Positions 1 to 12,412 of a stretch of DNA of 64,000 nucleotides are shown in pieces. A model generated the notes under the pieces. The model did not search any database, was not told the origin of the DNA, and saw only the letters and a program-made list of their open reading frames with translations. The position numbers and the translations under genes were made by a program. The first letter of the stretch is position 1; each line of letters starts with the position of its first letter. This stretch comes from Lingula anatina. Taxonomy: Eukaryota > Animalia > Brachiopoda. The DNA is taken from NCBI GenBank assembly GCA_051362555.1, contig CM120643.1, forward strand, positions 7,254,001-7,318,000. Reading direction: 5' to 3'.

Positions 1-282
1 TGCCAGAGACAGCCAAGCAACTGCTACACATGAAAGAAACAGAAGAATTTTCAATTTTTTTTATCCTATTTGGTTAGTGAACTATGGCAGGTTTTGGTAT
101 CAGGCGACACAAAGTCCATGCTGTCCTCAGCCAGGGTGGCCATGCTTAGTAACTTTCATTCATTTAGATTAAGTGACAATGTTAAACAGAAATTCAGGGG
201 CTTTTTATCTATGTTTAACATAGACTTTAACTGAGGAGCTACTATTACAGAACATTACTATATTACCAAATTTCTAGAGAGT

Positions 283-880
283 ATGTCATCCTACAGAGAT
301 GCCATTGATGCACCAGTGTACTTTGAACTCAGAAGAGAGGAAAACTTTGAGATATGTGGCTGGTTATATTCCCTTAACTCCAAAAGTGATACCAAATTTA
401 AGGGCATCCATACCTGTCATTTTTGTGATGGGACTGATGGTGCACTGAGTGTTGAAATGCATTTTCAACAGAGACAAGTTGGTGGTCAGGATTGTGGCCT
501 ATTTTGCCATTGCAACAGCTGTGTGGTTAGCTATAACAAGGTTGACCTGTATGACATTTAAGGGCTCAATTGTTGAGTTTGTATTCTAATTTTTGTAATG
601 GGTCGATGGTAAAATGATTGTTGAAATGCATTCTCCACAGAGACAAGATGGTGGTCAGGATTGTAACCTATTTGCTATTGCAACAGCTGTGTGTTTAGCT
701 ATAACAAGGTTGACCTGTATGACATTGTTTTCAGTCAAGAGCAGATGAGAAGACACTTGTATGTAATCATACGCATACAGTGATGATAATAAACTACTAC
801 TACTGCTACTATGAGAGTTTTTGTAGGGGGAAACTGGTAATGTTTCCATGTGAGGTTAAGACCCAATCAGTAAAGGTGAC
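283..880 (+). pseudogene. Decayed Ulp1/peptidase C48-like cysteine protease fragment (transposon cargo type), with an internal tandem duplication
   Basis: Translates as ...VEMHFQQRQVGGQDCGLF..., matching the Q-x-Q-x-G-G-x-D-C-G-L-F catalytic Cys motif. A second copy (~619-726, QRQDGGQDCNLFAIATAV) is followed by VFSQEQMRRHL. Frameshifts are present. Confidence 0.6.
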
Positions 881-1699
881 ATATATTACTATATCAAACA
901 AGGCAGCAAAGCTGTCAAATGTACAGACAAAAAACAGAAAATAAAGATGCAAATAAGTGAAAAATCAAATTTTCACAAAAAACTGTTAAATTGCCAGAAA
1001 AATTTACCAAACAAACTGCATTGCCTACTGAAGCTGTATTTTAGTCCCATGTTTTTTTCCTGTAAGTTTGAGAACAGTAAGTGACATGATTTTCCTTAAA
1101 TGGTCATCATGGAAGCAGTGCCCAAAATAGGGGTTTCTTCAAATTTTGATGCAATATTACATGTTTAACAGCTTAATGACCATCAATTTTTAATTATAAA
1201 ATATTTGTATCACAGATATTCAGAAAATGTGACTAGCAAAGGTCTTCAGGCCCATGGAACTTCAAAGTCACACCTTGAAAATGCCATAATGTAAACAAGA
1301 CAGCACTGTTCTGAAATGGGTTTATTTCCATTTTTAGCACTTTTTTAACATAAAACAAAATAAACATTTTACTGCCATTTTTATATGACCAACTAAGAAA
1401 ATTGATGAGATGGGAAAAGTATCAATAGAACAGTGTTAAATGTCCAATTTCCTCCATTCTGAGATTCTGAACATAGTGGACGATTGAATCTGACAAACTG
1501 CAATGATAGTTTCTTTCCATTTTTGACACTTTATTACACAATACATGATAACAAGTTTACCATGTTTTTTACATAATCAACTAACAATGTTGTAAAGATG
1601 CAGGAAATATCAAACAAACACTTTTAGGCATCTTATTAGTTAAATAATGAGACTGTTAACATGCCTAATAATTGAATCTGAGGAAATGTGAAAAAACAG

Positions 1700-2350
1700 T
1701 ATAACTTCTAAAATAATGGCCCGATTATGCTGATTTTCGAACTCATCCTGCGTTTTAGTAAAATTGACCACTCCTGTGAGTATAATTACAATTGGCCAAT
1801 CCGTTTTTCTTATATTGTGTTATCAGTGTTGCATTTATATTGAAAATAGTGAAAAAAACAGCATAAATTCCCTAAAAATGGCCCAATCATGCTGATTTTC
1901 GAACTTGACCTGCGTATTATGAATATTCATCAGTTCTGTAAGTTTCAAGTCAAAAGGTAAAATGGTTTTCTACTTATCGTGTTATCGGTGCTGCATATAT
2001 GCTGAAAAAAGTGAAAAAACAGCATAAATTCCCTAAAAGTGACCCGATCATGCTGATTTTCGAACTTGACCTGCGTATTATGAATATTCATCAGTTCTGT
2101 AAGTTTCAAGTCAAAAGGTAAAATGGTTTTCCACTTATGGTGTTATCGGTGCTGCATATATGCTGAAAAAAGTGAAAAAACAGCATAAATTCCCTAAAAG
2201 TGACCCGATCATGCTGATTTTCGAACTTGACCTGCGTATTATGAATATTCATCAGTTCTGCAAGTTTCAAGTCAAAAGGTAAAATGGTTTTCCACTTATC
2301 TTGTTATCGGTAAAAGTGCACGGCGACGACGGTGACGACAGACGCAGATG
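1700..2350. repeat. ~161-bp tandem repeat (about 4 copies) ending in a GAC-rich microsatellite; HINE/Helentron-like internal array
   Basis: tgctgattttcgaact recurs at ~1729, 1890, 2050 and 2211; gacgacggtgacgacagacgcag follows at ~2325-2347. Confidence 0.8.
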
Positions 2351-2399
2351 ATGGCTATATGTACAGACACATCTGTGTCTGTACATAAAAAGATGTCCT

Positions 2400-2780
2400 A
2401 ACTGACCCTGATGTAAAAATCTCCAATAGAAACCCATCACTGGCACTGAACATAGAAAAAATTCTAAATGACAATATCCCTGGGTCTAATGGACAGCCAG
2501 GCCCTGTACCCCCCCCTCCCCCAACCAGACCATTGTCCAGTTTGGAATAGACTTGAATCTTGCAATATACAGAAGAGATGTGCTGGCTTTGGATGATGAG
2601 GAACACAATACTAAGGCAAACAGATACCAAGCCTACAGACTATTCACACTATGGGTACATGGTCATTTGGGAGCTGGCAATAGATGAGTGATTCCATCTT
2701 GCTCTGTGTGGGCAATAAGAGACAAGTTCCCAGATCCATATGGACAATATCAGGGGTTTATTCCCAACAGGATTGGCTAG
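2400..2780 (+). pseudogene. P2X7 intracellular 'ballast'/KolX-like domain fragment
   Basis: Frame ending at TAG 2778-2780 reads [63 protein letters not shown], the AYR-F-W-G-LG-NRR-IPSC-V-IR-FP-Y-GF signature. The in-frame TGA at 2685 fits CGA>TGA decay. The Cys-rich N-terminal part is missing. Confidence 0.8.
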
Positions 2781-2911
2781 TTATATTTTAAGAAATCTTT
2801 CTCTGTCAAATAGTAGTAATTATTTAGTGCAAGCTGGAACTTTTCCTCATTAATGATTTACTGCTGAGGTATTAGAAGTTGTTGTTTTTTTTAAGTTTTC
2901 AAATGTGATTT

Positions 2912-3203
2912 GGAATGGACTTAGTCAGGCCACTGAATAAAATGCCCAGAGGAAACAGGTACATTATTGTTCTAACAGACTTCCTGAAAAAGTGACCAGA
3001 AGCAGAAGCAATTTCAAGCAAGAAAGCCTCAGTTATATCTATAATGAATATTGTGTGCTGTTATGTAAGTGTCAAGGTGCTAATTCCCGACCAAGGGCAC
3101 GAACTCTGTAACCAAGTTAATGAGAGATTATGTCAGCAACTTAGCAGCGATCATCATCGTACAACAGCCTGCCACCCCCAGGTGAATGGACAATGTGAAA
3201 GCT
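2912..3203 (+). pseudogene. Gypsy/Ginger-type DDE integrase (rve) core fragment
   Basis: GMDLVRPLNKMPRGNRYIIVLTDFLKK*PEAEAI...VLIPDQGHELCNQVN...HRTTACHPQVNGQCE matches the rve D..DQG..HPQxNGxxE motifs; there is a stop at the conserved W. Confidence 0.8.
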
Positions 3204-3654
3204 ACGACAGCAAAAAGCCAAACATGGAAGCATGTCAGGAAGTATTTCTCTTGGATGCATCTCTTTGGAAAACCATAAGCAAAGGATTAGTGGCACACTA
3301 AAACAAGGAAAAAGAGGAAGAACCTTTACAAACGGTACCTGTCTACCCGCTTTGTACTCAGCACTAAGGGTTTGAAGCAGGGGTGGCAGTGGAGAAATGG
3401 TATGTTTGCTAGCTCCGAGTGCCTAATACGGCTATCCTATAGTGTGGATAACCTATAGTGTGTAAGAGGGCCAAAATGACCAGGCTTCCTTTGACTTAAA
3501 TAAAATTTGATTTAAAATAAAAAAAATATATGTATAACTTCAACCTTTGGGGTTGTTTATTTATAGTAATAATATGCCAATTCAGTTAAGAATGCAGATA
3601 TTCCCTGTTTCCTTTGCATTATTTTGCAAACAAGTATCCTCAACTGACAGAGGT

Positions 3655-3817
3655 TTCAAGAATTATCTTGGGCTATTAGATGAAAACACAAATAAATTTG
3701 AAACTGTCCTTATTGTTTTGGACCATTTGTATATTTCTTTCAAAGTGGGAAAAGATCTGGACTATCTAGTGGTAGCTGGTGACAGCAAAGTATATTCCCA
3801 TCTCATGAAATATGTAT
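3655..3817 (+). pseudogene. Short fragment of a putative transposon-associated protein (DUF6589-like), cut off by a Harbinger end
   Basis: YLGLLDENTNKFETVLIVLDHLY...YLVVAGDSKVYSHL resembles the hhhhGDxKxY motif of DUF6589-type proteins; recognised by eye only. Confidence 0.35.
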
Positions 3818-3818
3818 A

Positions 3819-4576
3819 GGGCCCCATTTCATCAAGGCTGAATAGGCTATCCTATGGATAACACTATCCAAGGTATAAATCTCTTATCCTCTGGATAGTT
3901 ATCCTCTGTATAAATTTGTGTTTCATAAAGGCTGGATAAACAGCATGATAGTTATCCAGTGGATAAGAATTTTATCCAATACCATATTTGGAAAAAGACA
4001 TTCCCATAATGCAATTGGTTGCTATAAACATTGTAAAAGCCATGATAGTTGCTAACAACAGAAGTGATCTATACCATATTTGGGAAATATATTACCCACA
4101 ATACTCTTGTTCTGTCGCCTGCTTCTCTGTCTTGCAAGATGGAGTCGGCTTTGACACTGACAAGCAAAAGACAAAGAAAAGCAAATTGGAGTCAAGCAGA
4201 GACATCTCTGTTAATTGAACTGTGTGAAAAAAACCACACAGTAATAAGATACAAACACACTTCCACCTTGGACAACAAGGCCAAGGTGGAAGTGTGGAAA
4301 ACCATAGCAAAAGAGGTGTCATCAGTTGCTGTATCAATGAGAAGTGCTACAGAGTGCCGTGAGAAATGGAGACATCTTGTCTCTTCAGTGAAAAGGACAC
4401 ATAGTGACGTAAGCAAGGCAAGAAAGCAGACTGGAGGGGGTCCACCTGCCCAGGAGCTCAGCCCATCAAAGATTGTCAATATATATGCTGGCACTCCAGC
4501 GTTTGATGGTTTGCCAGGAGGCATAGAGACAAGTGCAGGAATTAAAGATCCGTGGCCTAGTTTAAAATCCTTGTAA
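3819..4576 (+). mobile_element. Truncated PIF/Harbinger element: left terminus plus Myb/SANT (Myb_DNA-bind_5) accessory ORF
   Basis: Begins gggccccatttcatcaagg with multiple GGATA/TATCC subterminal motifs (3845-3980). The ORF from ATG 4139 reads RKANWSQAETSLLIELC...KVEVWKTIAKEV...RSATECREKWRHL...RKQTGGGPP, a typical Harbinger DNA-binding protein. No right end seen. Confidence 0.8.
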
Positions 4577-4924
4577 TAAATCGTATCATGTTTCTTCCCA
4601 CACCTCTCCGAATTGCAATCCTTCTACATAAGTTACATAACATTCACAAATGTTGAATCTATCGTTAGCAGCCTAGTAAAGTCTGCATGTCTTACACTAA
4701 AAAGATCGGCAGCAGAAATAGTAAACAGGACCGCTCACTCATTTTTGATCATGTGTTCTCACTCGGCGGTTCAGCACAATTCAGCACAATCTATATGCTG
4801 CACAACTAAGGCAATCACAACCCATTGCAAATCAATAAAACAGCCTAACAAAAACTAATAAATTTTAATTATTATTATTAATTTTATTATTATTATTATT
4901 ATTAATAATTATTATTATTATTAT

Positions 4925-5295
4925 AGCATTGAGGACAAGTTTAACCACTGATGGGGACAGCTGAGCCCAGCTGCATGTGACAATGTTGAAAATTTTTGGG
5001 ACACATGACACTTTACCAAAGCTCTGAAAAAACAAATAGAAAAAGCACCATTTTCTGGTCATGTGTTTCCAGGAAAAAACAAAGTACACTAGAGACAAAA
5101 TGCAAAAACGTTTTGCTCAGTCCATAGCAATATGCGCTGCTATTCTGAATTTGATGCTTGCTTTAGAGCAAATAAAGGGGACATAGAGTTGATTAAAAGA
5201 GCACTGACTATTACATCATTAACTACATATAGTTAGTTGTTACAGTGGTGATTGTCAAAATTGTTTAAAGTACTCATTAAAATGTAAAGGTGGCT
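4925..5295 (+). pseudogene. Decayed Mutator-like/Kolobok-type DDE transposase fragment
   Basis: LTTDGDS*...DT*HFTKALKKQIEKAPFSGHVFPGK...RCYSEF...IVSCYSGDCQNCLKYSLKCKGG across frameshifts; shows a TTDGDS catalytic motif and a CYxGDCxxC cluster. Confidence 0.55.
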
Positions 5296-5604
5296 CAGAA
5301 ACTATTTCCCCTGCCTTTCATCTTTCTCCTTGCTAGGAAGGATCTACAAGACAGTGCTGCGCCTATTGGCAATTGAGTAATAGTAAAAGCAACTTGGGTA
5401 AATTACAAAAATTGTCTTTCATAAGTTAGTAGTGATACACATTGTAATTGGTTAACAGCATACTTATTTTAAAAAACATTCATATTTTCATTTTCATCTA
5501 CCCAGGTGGGTGTATACGTTTCAATGAATAAAATATGACACTATTAAAATCATAAATGCCCTCATCATATTACACCATACACAATCTTATTCTCAGACTT
5601 TACA

Positions 5605-5842
5605 ACCTTTGAACCAATGAAACCTCAGACAAGTGAACCATTAGACTAGCAAACCTTTGGAACAGCTGGGCATTTGCATCATCAAACTATCAGACCAATG
5701 AACCTTCTGACTATTGAACCTTTTGAACCACTGGATCTTGGCATCTTCAAACTATCAGAACAATGAACCTTCTGACTATTGAACCTTTTGAACCATTGGA
5801 TCTTGGCATCATCAAACTATCAGACCAATGAACCGTCTGACT
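5605..5842. repeat. ~63-bp tandem repeat built from gaaccaatgaacc/actattgaacc motifs
   Basis: About 3-4 copies. The motif resembles the arms of the palindromic MITE at 42615-42790. Confidence 0.7.
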
Positions 5843-6967
5843 GCTGTCATGCACCTGACAAATCATTTAACATTTAACTTATAATAATTTCATAAATTCA
5901 CAAACAACAATATTTAGTAATTAAAATAAATATCAGAATCACAAACAAAGACAGGCAAAAATACACAAACATATCTACATATTGCTACTTCAATTTGATA
6001 TACTCGGGACACATAAGCATAATATCCAAACTGCCAAAGATGAAACAATATCATAAAATAATCCAATCATGCTGACAGAAATTAAAATTAAAATTAAAAC
6101 AAAAAACAGTTTATCAGTTATAGGGTAAACAACAGATGTGTCACAAAGTGCTGACTATGGTAATGACACTGGACAGACACAGTGATCAGAATATAGACAG
6201 ACTGAAAGTGTCTATATATAATAAATATGTGATGAAACTTGCAATTATACCTTAATGACCTCACAATAACAGAGATCATCTATAACACATCATATCTGCA
6301 TTGAAATATAAATTCACATTTAAACATTTTCACTGGTGCCCTTTTCTCTTCAGTGATGGCTTATTGTCTACCACAATCTCACTGTATATGCTACCTCTAC
6401 TAGTACTGTAACAATTTCCATGCATATGGGGAAAATTATTATAACGCATCACAACTGAGCTGAAATATCAATTCACTCTTAAACATTTCCATTGTGTCTA
6501 TTCATCTTCAGTGACAGGGTATTGTCCAACACAATTTCCTTGCTTTATATACCCTGCCTCTTTCCATGCATATGGGAAAATTGATTCTTTGTGTTACCTG
6601 GAACCCACATTTGTTGTGTAATTGTACTGTTCCATATAACTGGCTCCATAGGATTTGCCGTGTTTGGAAGTCTTGTTCTGGGTGGTTCTGGCATCACTCC
6701 CTCTCACTCAGTATAAAACTGACCTCTTGGTCTGCTGGCAGCTCTTTATAAAATTACTTGCTAAAAATATAGATGAAATGAGTGTAACTGTTTGCAATGC
6801 AACTGGATCATATCTGTAATATAGTGCAAACTATTATTAGGAACCATCTAATGATACATTATTCATATGTAGGGTGCTTTTGTAAGATGCACAGAATCAT
6901 TTTTTCACCATACTTGATATTTATATCTTGATAATGCTCGCATGTAATGGTGATCAAATTAAAATAT

Positions 6968-9588
6968 AACTAGAGGATCAGAGAGGCGATACCGCCTCCA
7001 AATATTGTACCACCAGCTGGAGCAAGCGCATTCGTATAGACCCCCACATACACAAAATAAGGGACACAGCCACCAGTTTTGTGCTTGACAAGCTGTAAAA
7101 ATGCAATCAACAAGAATTTTTAAACTATTGCAAAAAATATATATGGTACAATCAAATTTAAGTTCTTCGTAAGGTAGGTCAAGGGTCAATTTCAAGGTCA
7201 CAGTAAATTGCCAGTATATGACTTCCTATTCAAGTTCAAGAGTAACTATGGACCTATCTCTGTCAAGTTTGAAGTTAAAAGAGAAAGAAATTAGCAGAGT
7301 TCAGTTCATGATAAAAAGTAGGTCAAAGGTCAATTTTAAGGTCACACTTAGATTGCCAGTATAGGACTTCCTATTCAACTTCAATAGTAACTATGGACCT
7401 ATCTCAGCCAGTTTTGGAGATAAAAGGGAAGCAAAATTTGCAAAATTCAGTTCATGGTGAAAAGTAGGTCAAAGGTCAATTTCAAGGTCATATTTAGATT
7501 GCCAGTATATGACTTTCTATTCAAGTTCAATGGTAACTAGGGACCTATCTCTGCCAGTTTTGGAGATATAAGGGAAACAAAATTTGCAAAGTTCAGTTCA
7601 TGGTGTAAAGTAGGTCAAAGGTCAACTTTAAGGTCACATTTAGATTGCCAGTATATGACTTCCTTTTCAAGTTCAATAGTAACTATGGACCTATCTCAGC
7701 CAGTTTTGGAGATAAAAGGGAAGCAAAATTTGCAAAATTCAGTTCATGGTGTAAAGTAGGTCAAAGGTCAATTTTAAGGTCACATTTAGATGGCCAGTAT
7801 ATGACTTCCTTTTCAAGTTCAATAGTAACTATGGACCTATCTCTGCCAGTTTTGGAGATAAAAGGGAAGAAAATTTTGCAAAGTTCAGTTCATGGTGAAA
7901 AGTAGGTGAAAGGTCAATTTTAAGGTCACATTTAGATTGCCAGTATATGACTTCCTATTCAACTTCAATAGTAACTATGGACCTATCTCTGCCAGTTTTG
8001 GAGATAAAAGGGAAGAAAATTTTGCAAAGTTCAGTTCATGGTGAAAAGTAGGTCAAAGGTCAATTTTAAGGTCACATTTAGATTGCCAGTATATGACTTC
8101 CTATTCAAGTTCAATAGTAACTATGGACCTATCTCTGCCAGTTTTGGAGATAAAAGGGAAGCAAATTTTGCAAAGTTCAGTTTATGGTGAAAAGTAGGTC
8201 AAAGGTCAATTTTAAGGTCACATTTAGATTGCCAGTATATGATTTCCTATTCAAGTTCAATGGTAACTACGGACCTATCTCCGCCAGTTTTGGAGATAAA
8301 AGGAAAGCAAAATTTGCAAAATTCAGTTCATGGTGAAAAGTAGGTCAAAGGTCAATTTTAATGTCACATATAGATTGCCAGTATATGACTTCCTATTCAA
8401 GTTTAATAGTAACTATGGACCTATCTCTGCCAGTTTTGGAGATAAAAGGGAAGAAAAATTTGCAAAGTTCAGTTCATGGTGAAAAGTAGGTCAAAGGTCA
8501 ATTTCAAGGTCATAGTAAGATTGCCAGTATATGACTTCCTATTCAACTTCAATAGTAACTATGGACCTATCTCTGCCAGTTTTGGAGATATAAGGGACTA
8601 GATGTTATAATTTTGGAGTTACCATAATATGCCTTAAATTTCGTACAGAAAAAATTAATTAAAATAAAGAAAATGTCATTTTGGTCAAAATTCTTGAAAT
8701 AGGAGGTGCTCTGAAGTTTCAGAAGTTCAAATTTGATGAAATAATGTCATTTTTGAACACAAGTTGTCTGCTTTGCCAAGCCTTATGTTTTATTTTTCCA
8801 GAATTCAAAATTTATTATCCATTACCATACTGCACATTTTGCTTTTACCACCAATATGTACTTTTTGATACAGTGTAACTCGAAAACCGTATGGAATACA
8901 AAAAAACCCGAGACCACCTCCAGTGTTGGGCTTTACATGCTCTACAAAATGCAAAAAAGAATGGGTCTCTAGCATTAACGGTTCCCGAATTAGAGACAGT
9001 TTTCAGTTTCGGTATCTTATGGCCGCTACTCCCGTGAAAATGCACCGATTGACCCCAAATTCATGGTGATGAAAGATGACCTGAAGGGTAACACTTTCCA
9101 ATAATATTATTGGTTAAGTCTGTGTGGTGTCTGAATAACAGGGAAAAAAAAAAATTTTTCGTAAAAAATTTCATTTTTTTGAAAATTTTGGCCCATTTGA
9201 CCTTGAAGTAGAGGTCAAAGGTCAAATCCAAGGGTATATTTGAAATCTACACATATGACTTTTGGAAAGCCGTCTATAGAAATTTTTCCCATAACTCCTT
9301 CCGTAGGGTAGATAATTAGCATTTAATTTTGCCATTTTTAGACAAGGGTGCATTGCAATGAGTGCCACACCCAGACCCCAATACCGACAAAGCCCAAATT
9401 TTACGTGGAACGAGTTGAGATTATAGGTGACCTAAATCCATGAGATGGGTACGGGGGCCCTTACCGTCTAGGAGGAGAAGCGGTAACGGTAGCCGTCCGG
9501 CGGAGCCGGCGGAGCCAACGGAGCCGGCGGAACGATCCGGACGAGACCGAAACCATGTGTACCGCCAGCGCTAACGCTGGTGGTACAA
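6968..9588 (-). mobile_element. Complete non-autonomous Helentron (HINE/DINE-1-like) element carrying a 147-bp satellite
   Basis: 13-bp subterminal inverted repeats: ttgtaccaccagc (7005-7017) and gctggtggtacaa (9576-9588). Hairpin at 9558-9587, CGGA-rich microsatellite at 9493-9542, stem-loop gaggcg-atac-cgcctc at 6983-6998, and a CTAGTT 3' end on the - strand. Confidence 0.85.
7170..8597. repeat. 147-bp tandem array, about 10 copies, inside the HINE
   Basis: aagtaggtcaaaggtcaa recurs every 146-147 bp (~7316, 7463, 7609 ... 8487). Confidence 0.95.
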
Positions 9589-9723
9589 CTATTCATTTTA
9601 TGTGATTAGTGCATATAAGACGAATTGGATTCAAATTCTTAACAAATGACAGGTGTGATTAAAAAAGTACTTAACAACTATAAAACTTAAATTTACATTA
9701 CAATTAAAGCAGTGAAACATCAA

Positions 9724-10348
9724 AGCAATAATAACTCTTCCTTTGAGATTTAAAATTCTGCAAGAAATACATTGTAAACAACGCATGGAAATATATTCTA
9801 TTGTATTTTACCACTAAAACGGCCATTATTGTAGTAAAACTAAAATCTGTGCTTGTCAATAGGGCTTTCGATGCCTTTCTTCCTGGTCGTCAAGGCATCC
9901 GTTGCTAATGACGTAAAGGTGTCATGCAAATTCTAGCGTTCATTCAAGACCAAAATAACATGGCGCGAAACGAGACGTAAGTTGCGAGTTTATGTACAGT
10001 GCATCGGATAACGAAAAGCCCAGAATGGTACACATTGTGGATATAAATGCATTTTTAACAAAAAGACGAATATATCTCATGAATCTTATATTATTGTTAT
10101 ATAGTGTTGTTGTTGTCTGCTTTTTCCGCGGTTTTAAGTAGGTCACCAGTGACTACGCAAATTCAGAAAGAACTCCGTCAGTTAAAATCTCTTAAGAGAT
10201 TTTAACAAAAAACCTAAGTTTAGGAAAAAAAAAACCTGGATTAACTTTGAATGCAGGAATGGGGTCATTGACCATTGGTAAGTACGGGAAAATTGCAGTT
10301 TTTTCCAGGAAAATCCAATTTTTGGCCAAACGAAGAGTTATTATGACT
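9724..10348. mobile_element. Kolobok-like MITE (TTAA target)
   Basis: Ends ag(c/t)..taataactcttc ... gaagagttattatgact with tcaa/ttaa flanks. The right ~170 bp is homologous to the element at 58999-59344. Confidence 0.65.
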
Positions 10349-10469
10349 TTAATTTTATTCATAATAATAAGGCTTTCAACATTGAAATAATCATTTCACC
10401 CCCTCCCCCCCCCCCCCCCCAAAAAAAAAAATGTTACAATTGGTATTTGTGTCTTTAGAACGAAAGAGG

Positions 10470-12070
10470 GGAAACAAATTACCTATCGTTATTTGTATAA
10501 AAAAAGCAACCATAGATTTTGTCTGCTATCTGCAAGAGGTCCAGTTACCTGTTTACAATGGCTGTCCTGTCTCTGGCTGTTCATTCATCCTAAAACATGT
10601 CACATCCCATGTCTTGAACAACTGGGTGGGATGAAGATGTTTCTGCTGCTGTCTTTTTATTTCTGCTTCATATGATATACATGTCCTCCATGTTCAGCCA
10701 GTTAAAATCTGTTCACCTAGAAGACACCATGCTGCATGGAGACTGGAGCTGGAAAAAGAGACATGACAATGTATAAGTGAAGGAACACAAATTATCTAAA
10801 AACAAAAAAAAGACAAAAACCTGACAGTCCACCAGAGCCAGTTGGGAAAAATATTAAAACTATGGTACACAGCCAAGTGCCCACCTTATATGGTAGACAT
10901 CATTGTTGTGGTGATTGAACTGTGATAAGTTAATAATGACCTTGTCTTTTGAAGGCTGCTGGACACAATTGTGACTGCTGAGACCAGCACATTCTCAGAT
11001 TGAACACAGTTAAATAAACAGAACTCTGCCAAATCTGTTGGAATTTTTGTGAAATTTGCACACAAAATGCTTAACAATTGTAAAAAGCTGGGATAATTAT
11101 ATCAATTGGCTGTGACTAATTGAAAGACATTTTCTGATGGGTAATTTGGGAGGAGTCACTAAGGAAATTACTAATATAAATTTTAAATCATGACAAAATT
11201 ACTCAAACTTTAAGGGAACAAAATATGATTATTGCTTTTTTTTCTCTCAAATGAGGAAGATTAGGAGACCAATTATCTATTGTCACATGACTTGTAAAAC
11301 ACTATCCACCATTAGTTTAGTGTAGCACCTGCAAGCAGTCCAGTTACTGTCATGACAATGGGTCATCCCAGGGAAGTAATGACCACTGCTCCACTTTGGG
11401 TCCAATAAATTTCAACACAATCTGACCACATCAAGCAGGCCACTACTGAGACGCTTCACAATTTACAACAACTGTCAAACCATGTGTGTGAGCTAAAAAA
11501 AAAAAGATAAACATTCATTATGATTATAATAACTCATAATTTTCAAGTCATATTGTTCATGAAATCAAAAAAAAAAAAAAAAAAACTGTGATAATTGGTG
11601 TTTCTGTCAGAGGTAAGAAAGAGGACCAATTATACCCACTGTTACTTGAAAAACAAAACCAACCTTCATTTTGTGTACTACCTGCAAGAAGTCCAGTTCC
11701 CTGTTTACCATGGCTGTCCTGTCTCTGGCTCTTCACAACCCATTCATCCTGAAACTTGCTGTGTCTCCATAACTGTGTGAGATGAAGGGATATTCCTGCA
11801 GCTGTTATTTCCTGTCTATTTCATATTAGCAATTCATGTCCCCCATGTCCAGCCAGGTAAAGTCAGTTCACCTAGAAGACACCATGCTGTATGGAGACTG
11901 GAGCTTGAAAAAGAGACCAAAGAATTTATTAATGAAGTGACATAAACTATCTTAATAAAAAGACAGAACCCTGACAGTTTACAAGAGCCAGCAAAATATT
12001 AAAACTACGATATACTGCCAAATGTCCACCTAATACGACAGACATCACAGTTGTGGTAACTAAACTGAGA
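10470..12070 (-). repeat. Diverged direct duplication (~10470-10930 and ~11625-12070) of exon-like cassettes related to the 22-29 kb array
   Basis: Shared cagttacctgtttacaatggctgtcctgtctctggc...gttcacctagaagacaccatgctg...ggagactggagct. On the - strand, 10549-10748 is bounded by tttttccag and gtaact. A satellite monomer is present at ~10990-11150. Confidence 0.7.
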
Positions 12071-12077
12071 CAAGTTT

Positions 12078-12412
12078 AAAATGTCTCTTGGTTTAATTGG
12101 TCAGAAAGCACAATATTCTTCTGACCGTGCAGCATGTGATATGTTGGTATCAATTGCCACTGTCATCCACAACAAAGTCAATGAAGAGCTGATTACTTCA
12201 CATGTGCTGAGTGTGTTGTGTGACAAAAGCACAGACATAGCTGTTCAGAAAAAACTTGTTATTTATGCCAGAATTTTAGACCCAGAAAATTTAACTCAGC
12301 CATGAAATTTATTTGTAATTTGGAAATTTATATAACAAGCCATTGGAAAAGCTATTTATGAAGAACTGAGTGACTTACTGGAGACCAAACAAATTCCTAC
12401 GAGCCTGGTAGT
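12078..12412 (+). pseudogene. hAT (ZNF862/DUF4371-like) transposase fragment
   Basis: VLSVLCDKSTDIAVQKKLVIYARILDP...AIGKAIYEELSDLLETKQIP matches the hAT DESTD catalytic-D region (here DKSTD), with stops. Confidence 0.75.

Noticed and set aside
7645-7905. 86-aa ORF
   Set aside because: It lies wholly within the 147-bp satellite.
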